Shown: in pieces, positions 54,645 through 64,000 of the stretch
Layout: each line of letters begins with the position of its first letter
Numbering within the stretch: position 1 is the first letter of the stretch
Source of the DNA: Balanoglossus misakiensis
Lineage: Eukaryota; Animalia; Hemichordata
Direction of reading: 5' to 3'
NCBI GenBank assembly: GCA_040954595.2
Contig: CM082582.2
Span: 8,700,425-8,764,424 of the forward strand
Length of the DNA: 64,000 nucleotides
Made by a program: the position numbers and the translations under genes
Notes under the pieces: model-generated
The model's input: only the letters and a program-made list of their open reading frames with translations
What the model was told of the DNA's origin: nothing
The model's database searches: none

Positions 54645-57020
54645 ATGATGAATTATTGCGACAAGGTGGCCCTCGTCACGGGAGGTGCGGAAGGGATCGG
54701 ACGGGGCATCGCAGAGGTCCTCTTAGGCAAAGGAGTGAAGGTATATAGGGCTATCGGTTATTTTAACCAATATAGACGTCTGTAGCCAGGTTTACAAGGG
54801 ACGCACTGCTAATTCACGTCACGGCAGAACTGTGCGTGTTATTTATGTGTACTGACCCGTTGCAGTGCCGGCCTTACGTATACGCCATCTCGGTTCAACG
54901 CAAGGGCAGCTGGAGTTAAAGCCCCATAATGCAGTGCGCGACTCCCATGATGTGTTAAGTGACGATCTAATTAACAAACCGCAGATTGATTCTCCGAGCA
55001 AATGTATTGTCACTTTCAACTTCAGGGTGTGTCCATAGTTGACATCAACGGAGAACTTGGAACATCTACAGAAGCAGAACTGCAATCCTCGAGTGGTCGC
55101 GAGAGGGTGCTCTTCATACGGTGTGATGTTACCTCGATCGACCAACTAACAGGTGGGTGTGTGCGCGAGCATCAATGTGCGATGATGCAGTAACACGCCG
55201 CATAAAGCCACTTTAAATTCGATTGCAATTATCTCAATTGGGGACGTGAATGGTGCACGGAAAAGTAAATTTCCCTCGTTTCACTCAACAGACGCGTTTC
55301 AAAGAACGGTGGATCGTTTTGGAAGGCTTGACGTAGTTTGCAACAACGCCGGCATTGTGACTGAGTTTGAGTGGGAACGCATGCTGCAAGTTAACTTGGT
55401 AAGACCGCCTCGCAAACAACGTCATAACCACTAGCGTTCAGTAAGACGTAATGTATCATAAACTCTATCGTCGCTTGAAAAGCAGAACATTGCAGCGTAG
55501 ATGTGGCCGCAGGGCGTTGCCTTTCTCTGTTAACGTCAGCGTGACGTCATATCTGTTGAAACTTACTAATTCTTTCGAGTATATGGCTGTGTTCACAAAA
55601 ACTGGGTGGGGTTCGGCCGGAGGAATTGAGGAATTGAATTTCTTTACCAAATAAAACTGATGAGATAAATTGAATCTTAGACTAAATCACCGAATCTGCA
55701 GCACGCTTATTAAAGTTACTTATTACGCGAATGTTACAAATGCGTAATTATAAAATCCCTAACAATCAAGTTGCGTGACTAGAGCCAATGCTGGAAACGA
55801 AATACTGGCGCTTCATGGCGCTGAGTCAGTGACCCCGATTGTACTTCACTCTCTCCGCAGAATGCCGTCATCAATGGCACCTACCTGGGAGTGAAACACA
55901 TGGGGATACAAAATGGCGGCCATGGCGGCGTTGTCATGAACATGTCATCGGTGAACGGTAAGAAAGTCGATGAAATATCACCTATAAACCTATAACTACT
56001 GAGGCAAACGTGAATTTGTGCAATTTTCCTTATTGAGACTGACAAAACAAATTTTATTTGCCCAGGTCTGAAGCCCAATAAATTCCTTCCAACTTACGTT
56101 GCTAGCAAGTATGGGGTCGTCGGATTTTCTAGGAGCGTTGCGGTGAGTACAAAATGATGATAAAGAGGAATGCCAAATGTGTATTCTGAAATAATTTAAT
56201 TAATAGTGGTCACTTAAATGTGGTGTACATGTACAATATGACTTGGTGATGAAAATATGCAAAGCATACACGTAACGTAATATTCACAACCCCCCCCCCT
56301 CTTCAGGAAGAACCGCTTGTGGTTGAAAATCAAATTCGAGTTGTCACAATTTGCCCGATAATGGTGATGACGACGCTGGAGAGAAACGTCGCCTCTACGG
56401 GAACCCACTACGGACAATTGATGTCGGAAGAAAAAGCGAAGAGGAGAAATCGCCCAGAAGCCAGGTAGTGAAACTGCCTCGTCATATATACAGTCAAAAC
56501 TGCCTATAGCGGCCAGTCAAAGGACTTTCCTGAAATCGTCTTTATATATAGATAGGTAGCCTTTATAGACAGGGACTGTAACAGAGTCGGCAAGTAGACC
56601 AGTTTCTACGATATAGAGTGGCTAATAACACAGGTTCGGTTGCACATGTTTATCCGTCACCCTTGTTCTTTTCAAATATTGGCCTTTGTTTTGGACATAG
56701 TACTTTCCTCCCGAGACCCAGTTATGGTCAATGGTGTGCAGTATCAAAAGGAAACAAATAATTGCGAATTTCGAAAGAGGCCGTGGCGTTACCTTTGGCG
56801 GGGTTTTACTATCTGCCTGACGTCGTTTCCCGCTCTTCTCGCTTTCAGCATCGCCGACGTAGCGAATGTCGTCATACGATGCATTGAAAACCAGGCGTCC
56901 AATGGAAAAGTGTACCTGACTATATCAGGTGGCGGAATGGCAGAAATGCACTTTCCTGACGTCAATGCAATCTTGCAGTCCGCAATCGATCAAGTAAACT
57001 CGGAACTTCAAGTGTCATAG
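54645..57020 (+). CDS. HPGD: 15-hydroxyprostaglandin dehydrogenase-like NAD-dependent short-chain dehydrogenase (~277 aa)
   Basis: Seven exons 54645-54740, 55026-55152, 55292-55398, 55861-55957, 56066-56142, 56307-56464, 56849-57020. Motifs VALVTGGAEGIG, VDIN, CDVT, FGRLDVVCNNAG, NMSS, YVASK, ICP. HPGD-like family call; orthology not proven. Confidence 0.88.
56491..56642. mobile_element. Decayed Tc1/mariner-pogo-type MITE in SDR intron 6
   Basis: TA|CAGTCAAAACTGCCTATAGCGGCCA at left and degenerate inverted end GTGGCTAATAACACAGGTTCGGTTG|CA at right. Confidence 0.45.
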
Positions 57021-58349
57021 TTTCTTCTGCTTCAAATATAGGACATTAGGTATTTGTGGTTCTATAATTATATTTTTGACCAGAGTAAATTCGTCTGCTC
57101 GAAGAATCCAGTGTGTGCATAATGTCGAGTTCGTTTTACTGGAAGAAACCGCAGTGATCCGTTATGAAATTAGAAAAGGGCATCGCCCTTTTCTTTGCGT
57201 TAAGGCCACTTATTCAACCGAGTTTGTTGGAATATGTGCCTTCCTGTGTTTTCACTGCGAAGGTTCTGTATTTGCGTTGGTATCCCCATGGCAACGGTCC
57301 GTGACCTTCTGAATCACAAGTCTGCAAATCGGCCGCACAAAGCACTGCAAATGTAGCTCGGTTGTATGACAGTCAGCGTTCACGTCGCTTCATTCAACTG
57401 TGCGTGTACATTGCAGCAAATCAATCATTGACAATAAGGTTTCGTGATTTCGGTGCATTCAATGTTCTTAATTTCTGGGATTTATAAAGATCCGTTACGA
57501 AATGGATTTTGGTGGAACAGCGTACTACCGCCTCAACACAACACTTACTACATGTAAGAGAGCGCCCTCTCCGCTGCCGACGGGTACTGCCAACTATTTT
57601 AAGTCACAGAGAATACTGCAACAGTCTCTAATCCAGTCAATGTGACTGGAACAAAGTGTTGCAAATTACCGACGTGTACATCTGCATTATTCGGCTAAAC
57701 CAACACCATTGTTGATTATTTACTTTTGTCAATACGCAAGTACGCCGAACACCCCGGCTTCGGCGCGCAGGAATAAGAGATTTGAAGGGATTTCGTCATC
57801 GATTAGGGATGATCCATTTTAAGTTTCGATCGGAGAGACTGCGTTTTTTTTGTCATTAGCGTTCGTCAGATTTTAGCCAACTAATTACCCCCATTATGCT
57901 TATGAAAACAAAGGCCTATTGAAAGGGGTGGACAATGAAAGGGAAGTCAATTTGAATAACTGATATTGATTTGACTGTCGCACAAAACAGAACTGTCAAT
58001 TTCAATGCTGCGCCAGTCCGCCCGCAGACTGACTCTTAACACGGGCAGCTTTGAATGCCAATTTCCATGATCAAGGCAAAAAAAAAACACACGCGAAGAA
58101 GTCACGAACATTGACGTCACGGAAAGGTCATGGCTGCGCGACTGAAAGGGAATCTTTCCATTTCAGTCGTTCCGTTCGTTCAGTGTTTTGTGGAGAGATC
58201 GTGCGTTGTTGTATAATGTCTGCGGAGTGGTTTTTTTTCTGTATAGATCACGTGGCAAGACACCCACGATAAACAGCAGCATGATTTAGAAATAGAAACA
58301 TATTTTTATCGACCGTTTCTTTAAATATTCGAGACCCATCATGCCAGTT

Positions 58350-58425
58350 GACAGACAGGCAGGCAGACAGACACGATAGACAGAGAGAGAGAGAGAGACA
58401 GAGGCAGAGAGTCAGGGACAGAGAG
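58350..58425. repeat. (GACA)/(GA)n low-complexity microsatellite
   Basis: gacagacaggcaggcagacagacacgatagacagagagagagagagagacag... Confidence 0.75.
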
Positions 58426-61400
58426 GGGGGCAATAGTACTATGACACGATGCATTTTACAGACAGTATATTCAGTTATTCTTGGAAAATGCTCTGGTTGT
58501 GTGAAATCCATCTTTCCACTGGTGACTACTATTTTCACTGTTTATACACAGCAGCTGTTTGAAGCCACTCAATAGGCAACAATCAGTACATGGAAATCTG
58601 TTGTTAGAATTGAATGATTCGCGTACGGAGAATGGATCCAGCGCATTATTCCCCCATTTTCACCCATCAAGCTCTATTTGCTCCGGTTTTGTTGGGAGGG
58701 CGGGGCAAATCTACCGATGTTCAGTGGTTACACTTTATATAGCTATGATGATGCTGAGGGTTTTTAATCCCCCGATTGTGGGCAAGCGTGATAAAATATT
58801 GAATTTTAGAATCTGTGAGGGTTTGTGTTTTGGTCGACAATTCCTGCCTGCGGGTGAGTGTTTGCAAAAGATATTCTGTCGGCGCTCATCGATTTCGTCT
58901 GCAGCGCAGTGTCACGATCGATATCGATACTCATCCGCTGTGCCATGCACGCAGAAGTAGAACTTTCAATTTTCCATTCGTTGGCATTTTTTCTCTTAAA
59001 GCGTTAAATGTGTAATTTTTGTTAGCATTTGGTGATAATGGCAAATCATTTCAAAGTCCTCGAAACGTGCTTAGCCCGGACGAAGAGGTGGTGATTGTGT
59101 GAGTAATCGAATTTCGGAGTGTAAAGTGTGCGACAATCGGGCTGACGGCAGGGCCTTCAAGCTGTCTGGCCGTGTAATACAGATGTCGGCGACTGCAATC
59201 GGTGTCACCAGTCACTACGTATACAGAACAGCGACCGCTGACACAAGGCCCGTTAACTTTTCACACTATATCTAGTTCGCCTACGTCTTATCCAATCCCG
59301 AAGCAAAGACGGATTCATGTGGCACTCAGTGAATTGCGGCTGTCAATCTTGTTAAAGCTTCGTGATTTTTGTTGCGTTTTTTTAAATACCACTCGTTTTG
59401 AAGAAATTGGCCTTAGCGAGAGAGAGCAAATTTTCTATTCGCACGTCTCACTCTAGTTGTCAGCCTACATTCGAAATGCCAGCCCGTATCATCACACCAT
59501 GCCTTCATTAAATTCACTGCGAAATTATACAATGGAGCCATAATTGTGCATTTAAACCTGTTTTTTAGAAAATTTTAAGCGCATTTACGAAGCTATTAAA
59601 AACATAATGCGGAATTTTAATATCGACTAAAGGGGAACAAATAGCACCATGCATGTACGCGGCGTTGCGGTACATTCATGTCGACGTGCATTTTTCAAGC
59701 AAGGCGACCCAAAGCGTGTTCCAGCCGACTTTTCCCCTTGTCAGTGTATTGAACTCGTAATCTGTCTCTGGTTTGATTGACACGTACCGCCAATAAAGGA
59801 TGCCATTGTGCTATTGACATCGGTATATTAAGCGTATAAAAAAGCAATTGTATTTCCGATGCCATAAAGAGTGATTGAAATGTTGTCATTTATTTATTCA
59901 ATTGATGTTACGTTTTTTTTTTGTATTCATATCTGGCTGGGCAAAGAGGCGTTCGATCGTCGCGTGTAGTCCAGCGAGGATTGTAATTTTAACGGAATTA
60001 TTTGCTTTCACGAGAGCGTTCCTCTGACGCAATGAGCCCTTCAGTGAATTAAAGCAATTTCGACAACAATGTATAAGGACAGTTCAGAGTACATTTGAAC
60101 ACAAAAAATGACTACACAATTTCAATGCGATCGCGAGTGTGCCACTCTTTTAAGTGGAGGTTGTCCGGGCGTCCACTGTGACGTCCCTGGCTTTCGTTTT
60201 TTTTTTCTGTTTGGTCTGACAGCACGCTCGTTCGCCACTAATCCATTCTGCCAGCTTCTCTATCGTTATTTTTTCTTTCGTAAAAAAGAGGAAAGCTTAA
60301 CGGTCTGTGCTCGCCGGCGTCTAAGCTGATATTGCATAAGACTTCTCTCTCACGAAAAAAAAAATCACGGAAACATTGCGTTTTGCGCTGAAAAGGAGAG
60401 GAAAGCGTTTAAAATATTAAGGTTTAATTCTCTCTATTGATGGGACGCTGACAGGAAACTTTGAGTCACGTTGGAACAGAGCTCGGCGAAGACTTTGGGA
60501 ACAACGCTATTCATCCACAACTCTCGCCCTGCAAGAAAATTCTTCCCATAGTACAGAACCTTTGGATATGTCAATCAAAATGTTAAATTGGCAATTTCAT
60601 TCGGCAGTCGCGTTTCTAGTTGCCTGCCTTCGAGGAGCATTAGAGTTTATTGGCTCGATCGACGTGCACACGATCAGTGGATTTTCCCTGCTCGGGATTG
60701 AACTCTAGCTTATAATTATCTTCTTGCCGCTAAAAATGCGTCAGGTACTCGGGGTACAAGTGACGTATCGATCTGGACCTCTTAAGGGGACAAAGTCGCA
60801 AACTTTTGGCGTTATTTTGGTTAGTTTATAAAATAAAATAAACGGAATGTATTTGAGTATGGGGGAGGGGTTAGAGTGACTGCAGCGGTAAGTTTTTGTC
60901 CCCATTTCAGTGTTTTATAAAGCATACTTCAGTTTCTTGCTTCAACGTTAACGCGTACAAATGCGCAGTCGCTCCTCTTGCAACGACTCGGCCTGTACGT
61001 GCCTGAGTTAGACATCGAGGGTGGCGACTGGGGTGTATGTAGTGCAGTGTACGGCTGGCCTATCCCCTCGTACCCGCCGCTGAGATTAGTGTATCCAGTG
61101 ATCACCGTACTATATGATCGGGTTGGAATCTGATATGGCAATTTTCAGCACCGTGTGAGTCAGTTTTATTTCGAAAACACATCTCGGCATACTTGCTACT
61201 ACCGTTCGGAGACGGTAAAAGTTTTTAAAACTCGCACAGCAAATAACAGACTGCGCCAGACCTCAGAAAAAAATTCGGTTGCATGACTCACGTAAAAATT
61301 GGGCGTGAATTTTGATTGCATGACTCAAATAACGTGTAACGGTGGGTGTGTGACGTATAACTTAGCGTTTGCGCGCACGCGATTGTCCAATCGCGTTGCG

Positions 61401-63078
61401 TCATTGTTTTGCTGAATTCTGAACTTTATTTCTTCGTTTAAAAAAAACTTTCTCTGGCATATCCTTGTTGAACGTTACGCGCCACACAAGCAGCCAGTGG
61501 CAATATAATGACTTGACTGTGATCGTGCCCATTGACCGCTAATTATTATTCATTAACCACATCCATACATTTCCAACGAGGCTCATTCTGTATAGTCTAC
61601 GAAATAACTCCAATTATGGTCATATGTTTCCGTGGAAAGTTTCGTCAAAATAATCTGATTTTATTGAATATGGTGCAGTGAATCGACGGTAAAAATGCAT
61701 TCAGGTTTAAATGTCACTTCCCACAAAATATTTCAAATGTTTTTTTATAGTACACGTCCTTTGTCTCAGTCACGGTATCCAATATTATTTATTGTGTACG
61801 CAGTATTCTTATATGCAGGCAGCTGTGGTGAGAAAATCGGTCGATATCATTGTTTTTTCAAAATACGTATATTGCACAGGATAAATGTGTCTAATAATAG
61901 CATGGTATGTTTGGGCATAAACCGTGCAAACTCTATATATTCTCAAATGTTGTAAAATACCGGGTGGCGTACAAATTGCAAATATTGAAGTTGCTCGTTC
62001 GATATTCAAGCACTATATGTGTACATTGTCAGTTACACAATTTATTTCTGATCATTAAATTAATTAATATTAATTGGGAAATTGAAGAAAAACCTTCCGT
62101 GCTTAAATAAATCAGGGTTGAGACTTAAAAAAGCATCACATTGAATCAGCACACAGCGAAAGCAACAGTCACAGAGAACATGTCGTGCTGGTGAGAGTAG
62201 AGACGAGATGTGGCAAACCAATGAAAGGTAACATATCCGACAGCATGTCTGTTAAAAATTGACCTTTGCAACCGACAGCAGTTGGAATACAAACCAGTAC
62301 ATGGCATTTGTACATTTCAATGCCATTCATCGGCGCTGTCACGTCGCAACTACCTGCCGCGACCCGGCATACCTATGGTCCGATCTCGTTGCTTGCGTTT
62401 ACTTTAGCAACTAGCGGGTATATACATGGGAAATGGTCGTGATTTCGGGGCTCAGACGGAGCTCTGGGGAAGGAAACGTCGCTTGCTTGTTTTGGGCCAC
62501 ATTTCGAGAGGTCCGTGTGGGTTGATTTTTTTTTGTTTCTTTCCCCCCGCGAGGCTGTTTACGTTCCAGAACAGCCGCTGCGAATGAACGAGCCCCCTTC
62601 CAGCAGATCCCGGTCCCCCGCAGTTTGAGTGACACGAGGACTCCAATACTAATCAACGGGTTTCCTGAAAAGGCTGCGGTAAACAGTGACGGCAGAACCG
62701 CTGTGCGTGCATATCTCTGGCCAATGGATTCAGCGATACTGGACTCCCATTGGGGGCAACAGAAAGCGACGGGCCGTGCTCGCTGCCGACGCCACTCCCC
62801 GTTCCGCTCGTCAACCGCCTCGGAGATTGGCAGCCCATCGGCGCGTGAACGTCCAAACAGCAATTGTACTTGGTTAATGTTTTCGTCGCTTCCTGAGAGA
62901 GCACTTTTCGCGCAGTCGTCGGTGGTGAACCAGTTAGCAGAGCCGCGCGAAGTCGGCTCGCTGTCTCCCGGAGGGGTGCGACTTGGCAGAGAAGGGCCAT
63001 TCATTGATGACATCTTTTGTGTGAAACAGTAAAAGCCCTGAATACATCATCGAGAGTTACTCATTTTGTACGGGGATC

Positions 63079-63196
63079 ATGGCGGCCAACACACTGGCCA
63101 CTGATTACAACGACGGGACTGTGTTTTTAGCCTACTTTCTGCTCATCTGCCAGGTCTGCTCCGTGCTGACGCCGTCCGCAGCCGCCTTCAATATCA
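63079..63196 (+). CDS. Probable first coding exon (signal peptide) of a secreted or membrane protein continuing beyond the window
   Basis: Good Kozak atcATGG. Encodes MAANTLATDYNDGTVFLAYFLLICQVCSVLTPSAAA-FNI, then a consensus donor A|gtaagt in phase 1. Preceded by a ~600 bp CpG-rich leader. Confidence 0.6.
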
Positions 63197-64000
63197 GTAA
63201 GTACAAACCTTCTGCTAGTGCTACCGGCTTTACGCACACCACTTTGGCCGCTGGCGAGTAACGAAATCTTGCGTGCCCTGATAAGTCGTATAACCCCGCA
63301 CACCTATATAAATGTATACATCTTAGCGTTGAACTTTCCTCTTGTGACAAGGTATTGAAACTGTTACTGCGTACAGGGGCAGCGTCTTCACCCGTCATAC
63401 CTGCCGGGCACTCTGTCTCCTTATCTGCCCTCTTGCATCGCCCAAGACGTCACTTACAATTTACGAGGAAGCATTACCGGTGGAAGTCAAGTGTGACCGA
63501 TGTGCGTGGATCGTCTATGTCGATTTCACGGTATTTTGAGATGATTTGTAAAAGGCGGAGCACTCGCCTCATTATACAAACAACTTTCACTGGTCGCGTA
63601 CGGCCGTCTGCGCCCTTTCAATCAATATTTATCTTTGCCGTCTAATTCGCCCGAGAGCTATTTGCTCGCCAAACACGATTAGTTTAGGAGTTAAACCGTC
63701 TAGTGCTCTCGACTGAGTGATTTTTTTTCGCTGCTGACTAAGGGTATCAATTTAGGGGTCTTCGCACCCATACAGGGCCTTGTCAAAACGGCTCCCGCGC
63801 GACTAAATGAAACCACGGCGTAATCACTGCCATTAACAGCACAAAAAGACGATTTGATCGGGAGCATAGCAATGACGCTGACCCGGGTTTCACGTCCAAC
63901 CGTTTTAGCGCTTTAGCGCTGCCCCGGCGTGTGGGACTCGAATCGACCGACGACAGTTTCCTACTTTCAATGATTTGATACAATCCTCTCCAACTGCAAC

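Noticed and set aside
60782-61270. TTAAGGGGACA start resembling a TTAA-target DNA transposon end
   Set aside because: No matching inverted terminus found in the window.
60680-63950. B-box-like motifs (near 60695 and 63935) suggesting tRNA or SINE
   Set aside because: No A-box or cloverleaf could be built.

Overview
Eukaryotic (animal) genomic DNA with GT-AG introns. Gene content and repeat style suggest a marine invertebrate, possibly a non-vertebrate deuterostome (inference only). Left to right: (1) the 5' part of an intracellular CLC-type Cl-/H+ antiporter gene on the minus strand, running off the left edge; (2) a 4.8-kb (CCAC)n/(GGGT)n satellite capped at both ends by (TCAC)n, which produces all the giant PTHP/GGWV pseudo-ORFs; (3) about 32 kb of gene-poor sequence holding a Harbinger-type MITE, microsatellites and a spliced orphan gene for a small acidic secreted protein (minus strand); (4) a co-oriented plus-strand run of five enzyme genes: cytochrome b5 (with two candidate soluble-isoform exons), three tandem histamine-N-methyltransferase-like genes and an HPGD-like short-chain dehydrogenase; (5) the probable signal-peptide first exon of another gene near the right edge. 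The b5/3x methyltransferase/SDR cluster is the best candidate for an undescribed small-molecule pathway. Exon models were read by eye from splice signals and frame continuity; no database search was run.
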